DNA of 64,000 nucleotides from Tubulanus polymorphus. Lineage: Eukaryota; Animalia; Nemertea. The notes beneath the pieces are model-generated. The model was not told where the DNA came from, made no database searches, and was given only the letters and a program-made list of their open reading frames with translations. Positions 1-14,301 of the stretch are shown here, piece by piece. How positions within the stretch are numbered: position 1 is the first letter of the stretch; every line of letters starts with the position of its first letter. Location of the stretch: contig NC_134035.1 of NCBI RefSeq assembly GCF_964204645.1, forward strand, positions 5,580,001 to 5,644,000, given 5' to 3'. Both the position numbers and the translations under genes were made by a program.

Positions 1-28
1 TCGCAATATCCGTGATAAAACGATAAAC

Positions 29-247
29 GAGTAAAATTCCACAATAAATGAATTGATATTATGATATAGCTAAAAAGTTTATTACAATATTCGAAATATT
101 TCGGGTGTCCACCAGTCTAAAATGACTAGCCAAATAAGTACACCGTATATGTGTTTATATAGAAGGTTATAGCAACTACCGGAAATATTTCTGATATTTT
201 GATAAACTTTTTGCAGCGGTGAATTCATTTATTGTGGGATTTAACTC
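29..247. mobile_element. Inverted-repeat element, probable Penelope-like terminal fragments (same family as 22696-22990)
   Basis: Arms gagtaaaattccacaataaatgaatt..aaaagtttatt..gaaatatttcggg and their reverse complement; related arms at 22696-22990 carry CACCC-GAAA-TA-TT (hammerhead 3' half). Confidence 0.45.
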
Positions 248-1224
248 TTACGATTCCAGGAATAACGTATTCTCGAAGATGGCTATCGGAATATAGCCAA
301 AACGTTAAATTAACCATCACTAAACCTCGACAAAAAAGATTTCCAATTTTTCTGCAATCTTATACAGTAGGATTGAGATCGTTACCGATACGTCTTATTT
401 GATAAGAAAGCGGCCTCCGCAGTATGAACGCATATTCAGAGAATGAGAGATAGAGAGAGCGAACGGTCTCCGAGGAGGGCAATTAAACTATCACATCAGA
501 TCATCATGTCGTGTGATTGTGTTCCGTGCGCCGTTTGATATTAGCGATGTTCTAATCGCTTTCAGTAGTTTTTACGGCTGTTTCTCTTTGTCTCTCTCTC
601 TGTGATCGTCATCCGTCGTCTGCAACTGCTGCTACTAAACCAACGACGCGCTCGACGACGGTGAATCTGATTTCGATACACGGAAACAATTGTAGCCGCC
701 GCCACCGTTTGAGGATCAACTTGATTTGAATTGTCGTTAAATCGTAATTCTCCGTGATATCAAAGCGCGTGAATTGCGCATCAAAACTGCGAGGCGATTT
801 TTAATCAATTCAAGGCAAAAAAGAATAAAGGAAATTTCCATGTTGTTTTGGATTTGAGAATGCTGCTCACTACTCAACCCTCGTAATCAGCAGTTTAAAA
901 CTTTTTGTGAGTCAGAAAACGTTGATACATGTCCTGCCTGAATACCGTATATCTTAAAATCGTCCCCTATGCGCGTGTACGATCCCGATCTGATCTCTCG
1001 GTACTCCCTACTTCCTAGTTCCTAGGTCCCCTACTCCCTACTTCCACTCCCTGGTCTCTCGGAATCTACTGAGAATCTACTGAACAAACCGTTTTTATCC
1101 CGAGAATATCACCCCGAGTCTTAATCCTAAATAAACTCCCCAACATTCTATATACAATAATCTAAAATACTCTGAAAATCTCTACAATTAAAAGATCGCC
1201 ACTCAAGACCGTGTTTAACCAATA

Positions 1225-1488
1225 CGGGTTATAGGCCTAACGTTCGTTACCGGAAGTAGGTATCAGTTTTCGCGTAAGCCAACTACATTTCAATGAAAAT
1301 CCGTCGGTTCAAGTTTCCAGTAAGCATTTTCTCAAAAAATTGGAAAATCTTGGAAAAGGTGAGTGCGTCTATAGTTTTTGAGAAAATGCTTACTGGAAAC
1401 TTGAACCGACGGATTTTCATTGAAATGTAGTCGGTTGACGCGAAAACTGATACCTACTTCCGGTAACGAACGTTAGGCCTATAACCCG
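1225..1488. mobile_element. Fold-back MITE with ~114-bp near-perfect TIRs, TA-flanked (Tc1/mariner-type)
   Basis: CGGGTTATAGGCCTAACG...CGTTAGGCCTATAACCCG, ~36-nt spacer, TA on both sides. Confidence 0.8.
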
Positions 1489-2224
1489 TATTTTTATGAA
1501 ATAATAATGGATACTAACTATGAATTAGCACAAACGAAGCCCAAAGATGTCAGTTTGAAGGGTCTTGGATGTCGATCTTACACTAAATGTTACCAAAACA
1601 GCAGATGTCCTGCCTAAAGTTGTATACAAATATTCTACAAACAGCATTACTATACTTAGCCAAAATAGCAAAATCGTTACATCTGCTAGATATTTCGTGG
1701 ACGCAGTCATCAACACGTTTAAGGTCATTCTGTGAATTCAGTTTGTCGCTTGAGAAAATACTTGACACCGATGTTCAAATGTATATTCATTTTTCAAACT
1801 TCCAAGAAGAAACCGTTCGCTCGTCGAGCACCGAATATGATGCCACGACGGCTGGAAAAATGTACACGACGAAGTTCGATAGATGTGTTACATCGGGGAT
1901 CAATGACGGTCAATCTTTGTTCTGATTTTATGTTCGTTCACGTTCTCGCAACACATGCGCACTTGACGTATTTTATTGTAAGTACAATCCTCCTCCGCCC
2001 CGTTCCGTGCATATACAGTCGTATAGAACATACGCCAAACGACGTGTGGGAGATTCATCGATTTCTTCGGGGGATTTCGTCAAAATTTATTTCGAAAAGA
2101 ACTCGTCATATCGAGGAAATATACTAAGTTTTGGATGTACGCTTCAACTCAATGTGAGGCATTTTTAAAACTATGAGAGTATTCGACGTTTTGACTGAAT
2201 TCTATGAGCCAAGTTTGCAAAAGC

Positions 2225-3272
2225 GGTCATAGAATTGAGTCTAAACGTCACTACTCTCTTAGTTTCGAAAACGGCCCACTTGAGCTCATAGAATTGAGTC
2301 TAAACGTCATTAATCTTTTAGTTTTGAAAATGGCTCATAAATTTGAGTCTAAACGTCACTACTCTCTTAGTTTTTTTGCAAATGGCTCATAGAATTGAGT
2401 CTAAACGTCACTACTCTCTTAGTTTCGAAAACGGCCCACTTGAGTCTAAACGTCACTACTCTCTTAGTTTCGAAAGTAGCTCATAGAATTGAGTCTAAAC
2501 GTCATTACTCTTTTAGTTTTGAAAATGGCTCATAAATTTGAGTCTAAACGTCACTACTCTCTTAGTTTTGAAAATGGCTCATAAATTTGAGTCTAAACGT
2601 CACTACTCTCTTAGTTTTTTTGCAAATGGCTCATAGAATTTAGTCTAAACGTCACTACTCTCTTAGTTTTGAAAATAGCTCATAGAATTTAGTCTAAACG
2701 TCACTTCTCTTTTAGTTTTGAAAATGGCTCATAAAGTTGAGTCTAAACTTCACTTACTCTCTTAATTTTGAAAATAGCTAATAGAATTGAGTTTAAACGT
2801 CACTACTCTCTCAGTTTTGAAAATGGCTTACAGAATTGATTGTAAACGTCACTACTCACTTAGTTTTTGAATATGGCATAGAATTGAGTCTAAACGTCAC
2901 TACTCTTTTAGTTTTTGAAAATCACTATTAGATTATTGAGTCACTTCTCTGTTAGTTTGTTTTTACAAATGGCTCATATAATTAAGTTCTAACGTCACTA
3001 CTCTCTTAGTTTTTTTGCAAATGGCTCACAGAATTTAGTCTAAACGTCACTATACTCTCTTAGTCTTTTTGCAAATGGCTCATAGAATTTAGTCTAAACG
3101 TCACTATACTCTCTTAGTTTTTTTTGCAAATGGCTCATAGAATTTAGTCTAAACGTAACTATACTCTCTTAGTCTTTTTGCAAATGGCTCATAGAATGCA
3201 GTCTAAACATCACTACTCTCTTAAGTTTTTTTGCAAATGGCTCATAGAATTAAGTCCAAACGTCACTACTTT
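2225..3272. repeat. ~49-bp tandem minisatellite (~21 copies)
   Basis: Unit GAGTCTAAACGTCACTACTCTCTTAGTTTTGAAAATGGCTCATAGAATT; one inverted copy at ~2158-2212. Confidence 0.95.
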
Positions 3273-4516
3273 CTTCATATAAGGGTTGAAACCAATATCA
3301 ACTCGCGTTGATGCAATTGCGAGGAACTATTCGAATTGATAGTTTCCCCGATGCGCACTATAGTTATCGGCATAAAGGGAGTTGATCTTGTCAGCGTAAT
3401 CCTCGCCAATAAAAGGCCCAGAAGATAGGTACAGGCTAGATCCGCGTGTACTACATGTCGAGAAAGCTTCAAATCGCATTAGCTAACCGTACACCGGGCT
3501 CGTGGCATCAGAAACCGATATCTCAAGCATATGTATATGAAGAGCCAGATTCTACTTGAAAGTTACCCCACAGCCGAAAACGCAGAGCAGACTTTATCGA
3601 TGATTTCATAATGCAGAGACTGGTCGAAAAATTAAAAAAGATTTTTCACGAGTTATATTACTTCACGGTTATTTCACTTAATATATGCGAAGTTCAAGAA
3701 GTACAATCGCCGGTGGATTGAAATTAACATGTCCCGTAGCCTCGGCCTCCAACAGTATTTCAACATAAGATTGTTAAGATAGCGAGACATTTTGATCGCT
3801 AGAATTTCAACAATATTTAACCACGTTTCATCGGCACGATTACACTCTTGAATTTCAACCTCCTCGAAATCCCCTTAATTTGTAATTTGATCTCTGTGAC
3901 TGCCACGGGGGCTGAACGGTGGCGTATTCCAACGCCGCGGTCTTGGCAAACTATTCATTTATTGGGCGTAGAAAAAATAAGAATAAGGCCGCACAAAAAT
4001 ATATCCTGTTTCTCGGGCGGGGCAATTACCGTTTGGGTACGTAGGTGGGACATTTTGTTTTCGTTATACAGAAAAAGAAATTCGGGTATTCTTCTAACAA
4101 TGGGTGGGTCACCGTAAATAATTTTTTAGATGACCAAATTTCAAGTTAAAAATATGATTTGCAGCTGGAAGACCATCGATGTATATTTCTAAAACATAAG
4201 TTATTTCATCCAAAACTTCGAAATAGGGTCGGCAGGCAATTTTATTATATTTCGAAAATGATTATTTGAAATGACGAAATATCGGTTTAGTCGGAACCGA
4301 GGGTTTTTCTTTTGGTGTGACCAAAGGTCTAATTTCACAGTCATTCAAGACCGTAAGTCTAAGACCATTTTAGTCCGGTAGCTAATCTAACAACTCGAGG
4401 CTAGTCTTAAGATTTAAGACCACTTAACAACCAGATTAAGTTACAAGTGGCATGGTAACATTTTAGACAAACTTATCCCAAACACTATTTGAGTGGATAT
4501 CGTAGCATCGATTTCA

Positions 4517-4877
<361 letters not shown>

Positions 4878-6770
4878 TTTGTCTGTTCTAATGAGACTGG
4901 TCGACACATCGGTATTTTGACACGTCGTCTCGTAAATGTTGAACTTCAATCCCGAATGTACCAGCTTCAAAACTCATCCAGACTTAGGGCTAAGAAAATG
5001 ATACCTCGTTTCTCCTAATCGGCCGGATCATCATTATGATGTAAACTGCAACAAAATTTGAAATCCAGTTCATTTCTATAACACTGCCGTTTCTTGATTG
5101 TTAGTTTGATCGTGATTTAGAAAATATAGCGATCTACTACAGGGAATAAATATACAAAGGCGGCCGGATGGGTCAACTTTTTTAAGCTCAGCAGAAAGGA
5201 GAAACGCCGTATGAATCTTGTGAGCCTTATATAGGATTCGTACACGACGATCATCATCATCACAGTTTTTTTTTTTGGGTTGGCGCTGCGTTCAACGTTA
5301 CAACGCCAATTGAATATCCGATCCGAAAAGTGTACGCCGTGTCTTTGATCAAGGAAATTGTTCCGTTCGGTGACGTTGCGCCGTTAAGTGCCGCGTACTC
5401 GTCGCGCTGATGTTTTCTCAGCGCGCTTCACTTCATCTACGATTGATTTATACGAAGATTTATTGCTTTAAGGAACATCGGAGCTCACAATTGTGCACGT
5501 GACGTCTGTCCTTTTACAGGATTCAGGTGTCGCTTACGGATAGACATTTTTGATTTTATCTGATCTACCGTTTTCATCAAACGATTTTAATCAATTCAAT
5601 TCGCTTATCGTTGTTCGGTGTGAATGAAAATTCTGTGCAATGTAATCAAAACATAATCATGATATTTTCCAAGCTTCCATTTGAGCGTGTTTTCCAAGAG
5701 GCAAACTGCCGCCAAGACCCATATACATTCAACACCTATATAACCAATGTGTTTACACAAGACAGAGTCATACGATTTAAGACAGTATAATATATATATC
5801 AGACCTAAGTCTCAACTTCATAACTTTCGTATATCACGCCGAGTCCGGGGAAGCGCGAAGGCTTCAATTTGCAAGTTCATTGCAAGTTAGACCAGACTCG
5901 TTTTTACCCTAGATATAAAGGAGTAATGATAATGATTTAATAAGGATTTGATGATAATTTATTGTGCAACTTGAACGGGCAACTTGTCACTATTTAGCCC
6001 GAGAGGCGTAACCTTCATCACAACTTCATCGCAAGTCAGGCCAAACTGGTTTTCACTCTAAATTGGAGTTATTCGCCGCAAATCTGAAATCTAAGTCACT
6101 GAACCAAGTTCCACAAATTTCGGCTATGATTTGATTCATGTCAAATTAGTTTCACTCCCTTAACTGAAACTGAGTCCTGGGTTGAGATTCGTACATAAAG
6201 ATGAAGATGCAGAGACCCGGTAGATGATTCGATTCAATAGTTCACTTCCGATGTTTCAACCCGTAACCGGACCTCGGTCCGTTGGTGGTCAAATCCGTAC
6301 ATGGAAGAAGCGTGCACCCGGTCCGACGAATTTCGGTTATGATTTGATTCGACTTGAATTATGTATTAATTAAAAAAAACTATATCTGAATTACACGCGA
6401 AAAAAATCCGATGCTGAAAAGAAGAATTATCAAGTATTTACCACCCGTACTGGCAGCAGTACTGGTAGGAGTATGAATAATTGCTTAGATGGCTGAAAGC
6501 TGATGCCCGGTGGCGTGTACAGCGAGCGGCAAACATTTACGACACTGAAAGACACATCAAACTGACGTTTGTTGTGTTTCTCCCTTGACAGTTTGTCGCA
6601 TTATTTGATTCGCCGTTCGTTCATATTGCGGCGAAATAATGACGGCGTTCTCGACATATTTGTCAGCGGTTTGTTTTATCAATCGCGGGTCAGTAGATAT
6701 AACATATATCGAGTGGAGAAAAATATGCGACGTTCGTTTTCCCTCGACAAAAGAGTCCGCCTCTATTCCA

Positions 6771-7023
6771 GCCTCTGCCTCTGCCTCTGCCTCTGCCTCT
6801 GCCTCTGCCTCTGCCTCTGCCTCTGCCTCTGCCTCTGCCTCTGCCTCTGCCTCTGCCTCTGCCTCTGCCTCTGCCTCTGCCTCTGCCTCTGCCTCTGCCT
6901 CTGCCTCTGCCTCTGCCTCTGCCTCTGCCTCTGCCTCTGCCTCTGCCTCTGCCTCTGCCTCTGCCTCTGCCTCTGCCTCTGCCTCTGCCTCTGCCTCTGC
7001 CTCTGCCTCTGCCTCTGCCTCTG
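6771..7023. repeat. (GCCTCT)n microsatellite, ~42 copies
   Basis: Perfect hexamer run. Confidence 0.99.
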
Positions 7024-8518
7024 TGTGATTATCTTATTATATCTACTTCATTTCTCAATATTCTATTGTATCTTAACGATTCTTGTGTTTTTATACTTTG
7101 TAAGGCGCCGTGAGTGATTGAATTCAATTAATACACCCGGTTGAAACGGCTACTCTACGAAATCTTAACTAAATCAGAATAAGATGCTGCGATCGGCGCA
7201 GTTTCAACGCTACTGGTGCGGCGGTGTTGTAAAAGAAGGCCCGTATCGCGAAAAGGATGAAAAACCTCGACGATTTATTCAATTTTTCCTAAAAACGATA
7301 ACCCCTCGAGCATATAGACGAGCCGAATCCGCAATGAATATTCCACCTTTACCCGTTGTGAAACTACTCAATAACGGTAACCGGCGATATCATCGAAGAT
7401 TATACGGTGTTATACTCCCCAGTCGAAACTGCAAACACACCACGCCGCGCGCGCAGACAAAAAAAAAATGAAACGCTTCCTGAAAAGGCATTATTCAGAA
7501 GCGGTTGTATAACACCGAGAAGACGCTTTGGTGGCTGTTGAGAAGCATAACAGTTTGAAATATGAGCTCTATCAGCGCGATTTCCTCGCGGTTGACCGAC
7601 CCAGCTTAGAATCGAGCAGCCGACAGAGAGAGAGAGAGAGTTTAGATCGTGTAGAAACTAATCGAATCGTGTATTCGGGTATCCGCTTTCGCGCGCGCGC
7701 GCGCGTTATATCGAATTCCGCCGTCGAACAACGAGTTTAAACGACCGGACTGGCTTCTTGTCTCCGGCGATACTCGATCCGACCGACTGAGCGCGCGCGA
7801 GCGAGCGCACAGTCAACCGGAATTACTCGACTCGAGATATATTCCCGTAATTCGATGACGCGATTTTCATTCCTGTTTTCGGTCGACGACGAAACGGTTT
7901 CGATGTCGTTTAGATTTAATTTAGATACCCGTGCACGCTAAACCGCAGCGATGAAAGCGATCCGATTCTAATACGCGCAAACAATGAAACGTCGTTTATC
8001 GAATTCTGTTTTTATGACGTTCTTTATCTAGCGATTTCCTAGTGCAAAAACTGGCAATCATTGCCGAGATTTTGCCGGATCGCCGGGCCGCGGCTTTATG
8101 TAGACCCAAATACTCATTAACGCGAATAGCTGAACGAAAGACCGTCATTTTCGTATGATTGACAGAATTTAACGTTGAAACGATATAATCTGACGGTAAA
8201 TTCGATTCAAAGCGAATAATAATTGAATCAGCCGTTATTTTCATCGATTCAATATCAATACAGTCTACTATGATATAACAAGTATCGAAATACGAAAACT
8301 TGATGGTAATTTTGAGTTGTCAAGTTTTTAAAACTGGAATATCGTAATCGAAATAACCGGTTCGAAGCAATTTCAATGGCTCAATATAAACATCACACAG
8401 ATAGGGCGAACTTTGGTTTGCATAGTCAGACGGCTAGCGGTCGGAACTGATAACCGAACGCACTTTTTAGTTCGGTCGTAACGTATTTCACCGCGGCCAT
8501 CTTGAAACTGTAGGTCCG

Positions 8519-8659
8519 GGGCCGGTACCATAGTCATGGCTTAGACTTAAGCCCAGTCTAAGACCATGTTAGTTATAATATAGCTAATCTAACAACTTAA
8601 GGCTAATCTCAAGACTTAAGCCCACTTTTGTACTTAAGTATCGACTGTGGAACTGGCCC
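8519..8659. mobile_element. Short palindromic MITE family (gggcc..catagtcatggcttagacttaag...cgactgtggaactggccc)
   Basis: Related copies at ~4350-4440, 9830-9940, 30870-31310, 47880-47940, 58743-58943 and 59677-59803. Confidence 0.7.
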
Positions 8660-9679
8660 CCCGAACTACAGCGACCGTGCATGCTCAAACGCGTGGTTTC
8701 AACCGAAATTCTCCGATAAGCCCGTTCGATTTCAATTTCGATGAGAAATGCGCAGATTCTAATATTCAGCCAGACAAACCGATGAGATGGGTGGATGAGG
8801 ACAGACAGTGTTAAAAGGCCACTATATGGATCGCGTATCGATTGCGCGCTGTTCATTGCGGTCGATTCTAACTCGAGAAATATAGAATTCTTTGATAACG
8901 TTGATATTTGTTGATAAATCAAACGTTCGTTCATTAGCTCGTTATCGAAAGCGATCGTCGATTTTTTAGCGTCATTCATCGATTATTCATTAGGAAAAAA
9001 TACGGCGTTTCGTTTGTTCGATATTGTTTCAACGATATTTACGATTTTTGCCGCTCTTCTGATCAAAGCCCGGCGGTTTTCAAAACGCTTTCATCTCCCG
9101 TCGAAATCGATGACGAAGACATTCAGACGTCAGCCGTTTATAGAATACCCGTTTTTTGTTTGTTTGTTTTCAACGCAAAATAATATTGTACGCTCTTATA
9201 GTCTATATATACGTCCATGACTGAAGCCGATGTGGCCTTTGACAGCCGGTGGGCGTGGCTACGCCGTATCCTAAAATTGAAGTGTCCATTACAGTCGGTA
9301 AAGATACCATTTAATAAGCGACGCTTTAAAAGGGATTGGTCAGAAGGACGCGGTGACTGTTAATTACGGGGGTGTTTGTAACGTCGCAATGTCGTTACAT
9401 CTATTTATAAGTGCATTAGGTGATAGATATCTTTGATATTTCCTGAATGTATATAGAGCCAAATTGCGAAGAATGCACTTTGCTGGTTGCGCAGTTTAGT
9501 GAAAAATTTAGAACGACTATAAAAGTTTGGATGAATGTCAAAGACGCACCCCTCCCAACCCCCCCTCTCTCCCTCCCTAACATAATATTCGAAGCGAGGT
9601 ATAACACAAACCAGTTCTTTAGGGAGACCAGAGTTTTTTTCGATGGTTGCCTACTTTCGTAAAGCGGTAGATGTAATCT

Positions 9680-9830
9680 TTTTTTCATCACCTCAACCCG
9701 CTGAGCGCCACTCTGATAAGTGATATAGGTTCGAGATCTTTTTTCTCCCGAATAAAGGGAGAGGCCAGACAAGAACAATAATCGACCAAGAAACCCTGTC
9801 GCTACCGGGAATTGAACCCACGAACCCAGC
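9680..9830 (-). mobile_element. tRNA-derived SINE, 5'-truncated copy
   Basis: Shares cctcaacccgct.agcgccac, tcgaccaaga and a B-box-like GGTTCAATTCC (minus) with the 39945-40098 copy. Confidence 0.5.
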
Positions 9831-12800
9831 GACCAGTTTCAAAACGATGGCTTAGATTTAAGACCAGTCTTAGACTGTCTTAGTTCTATAGTCGATGTAA
9901 CAAAGTTAAGACCAGATTTAAGACCACTTTTAGACCCGGGTAAAAACTGGCATGGCGATAACGGAGATTTCGCGCTGATCTAGAATTATTTCCTCTTATA
10001 CGAGAATGTGGTTGACATCGGCATTTCTGGCGTATAATTGCGGTAGGTTTTTTCATGTCTGACAACCAAGGGCCGATCTGTGTTTTACCAACACAAACTA
10101 TAACAATACGACTAATTGTCGCAAATTTGCTGTTCTTTGAATGCAAATCAACGACAGCGAATGAAAGCCCGTCGAACGCGATGAACAGTTTGTCAGCAAA
10201 GCTCCGCCGGGATATGAGACACTTGTTCGACTGAGCCGCGGGCGGATACGTTTCCGTGCAGAGCAACGGACGGAAGATGCCATAAAATATACCAACTTGC
10301 AATTATACATATTCATAGTTGTAACTAGCCTGCCTCGTCGTGTGGGAAGGCTACATTGCGACTTCAGACTGTTCTTTGACGAGAACAGTTCAACTTTGCA
10401 GACAAATTTTTGATTAAGCCGGTTGCAATTTTCCCGACAGGGTTCTGATGTTCAACGGCCAATAGAGAATAGCATCCGTAGCAAATTCTAAATGTACTTC
10501 GTCTACATTCAAATTCTGTATTCATTCCATGCTTTTGATTTGAGCAAAAGAAGACTTTTTAGCATTACTTCAATACAGTGCAAATCGGATATGGAAACGA
10601 CGGTTTATTGACACTGCACAATTCTGCTAGCCATTTTGAACACATATTTGAGAGGTATTTATATCAAGAAAAAATATTATATTCCAGAAAGACAGATAAA
10701 TAAATCCCCGAAAGACAGATTACAAGCTCCAGCTCAACGAAAAAGTTGAACTCAAATTTTGGTGTAATTGCTGTAAGAGTGCGTCGTGTTTTCAATCAGG
10801 ACAACAATTCAAACTTAACAATTCTAAACGTTTTTCACGGATGCAACTGCTTCGAGCCGATAAAGAATAAACATCGAAATAAGTTAGAAACGACGGTTCA
10901 TAGATCGAAAAGAGTTCGAGTACTTTTACCGACCAGCGCCGACGAGGCGTGCCGCATAAGCATTCCTCGCGAACGTAATTCAGTCAATTCTTCCCAATTA
11001 ATACGTATACGACACGACATGCCGCGAAACTGCGCTGGCATTTTAATTCGCTTCACTAATTCTATTTTTGAAAAAAGAAAACATCGATAAACAAAGTCGT
11101 GCGTCGACGTGGTGTTCGCCGTGAGTATACAAACACGCGAAGAGTTTTATCAATTTTTTTACAATTTTTTGACGTCACGTAACAAATACGCGAGTCTAAT
11201 TCGAGCGCCAGCGCGTGCTGGGCGAGCTTTGATCGAGAGAGTTTTACGGATCCATAAATAAAACGTCGCTTACAAGTCACTTTTCGAAAGGTAAAACCGC
11301 GAAAAAAGTGATGACGCATATTTTGCCATCGATTTCCTGGATTGATTTTTTCAGATCGCGTTATTAACTGAACGCCGACATTTCGATGAAGCTAATTTCT
11401 ACAGGGAAGCCGATTTTTATAGCCCGGTATTCTTATCCCGTCCGCGCAGATGTATCGAAAACTACTCGATGCAAAGTTGTAATTTATGAGTTCCGATATC
11501 TTGCAGTCAATGAATCCTCCCATCGTCACCAGCCATGGGACTCGAACTCGCTGAGCTTAAGCCGTCCCGAACTGGTGGAAGCGAGTTCGGGTAGCGATAC
11601 CGGACCCCTGGCGAGCGAGGATGGAACCTGTGATCGACGATCGCGTCGCGTTCGGTGTTCGAATCCCAATTTTTCTCCAATTTCTACTTCTTTTCTCAGT
11701 CCAACATTACCGCGCGCATCCGTATTATAGGTAATGTTATTTCAGTTGTTGGGAATTAACTCTAGCCGAAGAAAATTTAACTCATTCGAAACCGATGGCG
11801 TTCGTCACCGCCGACCTAAGATTACTACACCAGTTGCGGCTGGTGGCAAGTGGACCAAACCCGCCTTCATCTTCACTATTGCGGGGTGAACTTCGGTTAT
11901 CGGAGTTATTAATTATATTTATTTAAGTGAAACGGGCTCTAAAACGAGTCCATGGTGAAACCGAATGTTAGTCGGAAATAAAGTGCGGAAATACTACCAG
12001 ATTGAGCATTGTCGCTGTAGTTCGGAACTATTTCCAAAATGGCCGACACTATATGAACTACGTTGTAGTGCGCTCGGTTATCAGTTCCGGCCGCTGACCG
12101 TCTCACTAGTGGTCGGAACTGCAAATAGTCGTCCATAACTCCGATAACCAAAGTTCGGCCCGACTGTCGATGATCCATAACTATATCACAATTCAAACGT
12201 TTACGGCAACCGACAGCAGTCCAAAAACATATCCCGATATAACTAACATGCTCTCTGTCTTGTCTCTTGGTATCCATTACTATGCGCAAACTTCGTATGT
12301 CTAAAGGCAATATGCTACTGTTCGCTCCGTATCGCGTTTCATCGGGAATCGATTGACATTCCGCGGCCGAATAGAAAAAAAACAACGTTAATCATTCGCT
12401 TGTTTTCGACAACGGCAATTTCCTTTCGACGACAGTCGGACATCGACATTAGAAAGTTCATAACATCGGAAGCAAATATTTACCGTTACTCATTGTCGCC
12501 GTTTGGGCAGCAGTCTGCCGCGCGAGCAGCCGAACGAGTCGTGAGCGCGCATTCTGCCGAAATTCCACAAGCGCCGTCCCGCGGCTCGATTACAACCGCC
12601 GCCATCTCATAAACCAACTTGTCAATTCGACGATATTCGACGACACAATTCGAAAACAATGTATAAAACCAGTCCGTAATTAACTGAATACCCAATACTT
12701 AATCGTATGCTAAGCGTGCGATCATCGAAAAGAATTTAGCAGCTACAGTTTTTTTCATTAGGAATGCAAGCACTATAAAGAAACAAGCAAAAAGAACTTA

Positions 12801-12956
12801 GCAGCTACAGTTTCTTTTAATTAGGAATGTAACCGCTCTATTTAAAAAAAGAAACAAGCAAAAACGTCCTAAATTCTGTCTTTAAACTCATATTATGTGG
12901 ATTTGATTCTTTTTCAACATTTTCAACATTTCACAACATGTTCTGTTGTAACTCAG

Positions 12957-13000
12957 TATTCCTGAAGATGAATATCAGAATACAGTCGAAACGTCGAATA
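12957..13000 (+). ncRNA. Minimal type I hammerhead ribozyme motif (Penelope-type)
   Basis: TATTC-CTGAAGA-TGAATATCAGAATACAGTC-GAAA-CG-TC-GAATA; core intact, helix II partly mismatched; followed by the same tail (..tgcgggattctcgtta) as the 25.5-kb copy. Confidence 0.65.
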
Positions 13001-14291
13001 AACTGCGATAACGCTAGGGAACATTTTCGGGCTCAATTTTGTCGTTGTTACTGCGGGATTCTCGTTATGTATTGATAACATTGATACTGAAACGCTCTGT
13101 CGCGGTCCTCCGTAAGACTCGCGTAAATAGACCTTTTTGGAAGTAACAAGGCGCGGAGATCATTCATATTGCGAGGATTCTTCAAAAATCGGCGCGCAGT
13201 TTCATAAATGTTCGGGTTGATCAAAACATTCTGCGGGATTCGTCTCGAATACAATTCACAACCCTTTAAGTCACACGATAGACAATCAAATTGGACAAAT
13301 AGATCATCATATTACCATATGATAATAAATATTATTATTATCATACTATTATTATTATGTAATAATATGATAAATATCATTATTATCATATTATTATCTA
13401 TTATTATTATTAAAGGATATTTTTTCCTCAAATCAACTTCTAGTAGATCGAAAATGGCCATTTTATACTGATTGGAATTTAGCAGCTAATTTTTCTTTTT
13501 TTTCTATTAAGAACGTCGCGGTGCTGCATTCAATTTTCTGCAGCCGATATAAGGAAAAAAAATGCAATTAAAAATTACATTTATTGAACAATCTTAATAT
13601 GAGGGTGTAATTTGTTGGATGCCCAACCTTGTCAGCCACAAGCGCGAATCACTACTAAAAAAAGAACTTCAAAATTCAATCAATTCATAGGTTTTGTTTA
13701 ATGATTGACAATTCAAATTTGTACGTATAGATTTTCAAGCATAATATTGAGGGAAATTTTTTCCTCAGATCAACTTCAAATACTAGATCGATTCGATAAA
13801 CTGACTGTGTGTCATAAGGAGTTGCGTCAGCTTGTTCGGATGGAATACGCGTCGCAGCCGACATCGGCTCTAATTCAATTAACGATTTTCTTCTTTTTTT
13901 CTCCCTTTTAAACACCGCGCTTCAAACGACCGTCGATTTAGCGCCGCATCAACGTATCTATTACTTTCAAACACCATCAAACATTCATCATCGACTAAAC
14001 TATTAGACAAATACCGATAAACAGGCGTGGCGACGATATATATACTGAATTCAAACCTCAAAACTTTTAGAAGATCGATTCGAACTAAGCCGGCGGGGAT
14101 ACCGATTTTTGAGACGGGTACTTAAAGCGCCGTATTGAAGTGCCGGCAACCCGAAACTCGCAGCATCCTCGACGGGTGATCGTTAATCGTATCGGGATAT
14201 TTAAAGAAAAAAGCATTTCACCAAGTTTACATAAGTTCAAGTTAGTTTATTCATCTGACATAGCGTAGATTTGACGGCCGTCCGTCGATCT

Positions 14292-14301
14292 CTATATAAA
14301 A
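14292..14301 (+). promoter_or_regulatory. Candidate TATA box upstream of the RFamide exon
   Basis: CTATATAAAA followed by a GC-rich GCGCAGGCGC motif; motif match only. Confidence 0.2.

Noticed and set aside
2225-3272. CRISPR array
   Set aside because: No unique spacers, eukaryotic context and no cas genes; it is a tandem satellite.
6569-7117. Poly-(LC) and poly-(AS) ORFs
   Set aside because: Artefacts of the (GCCTCT)n run.
11386-11730. 114-aa ORF as the upstream exon of the neuropeptide gene
   Set aside because: No hydrophobic signal sequence, ends in a stop at the putative donor, and overlaps repeat-like sequence.
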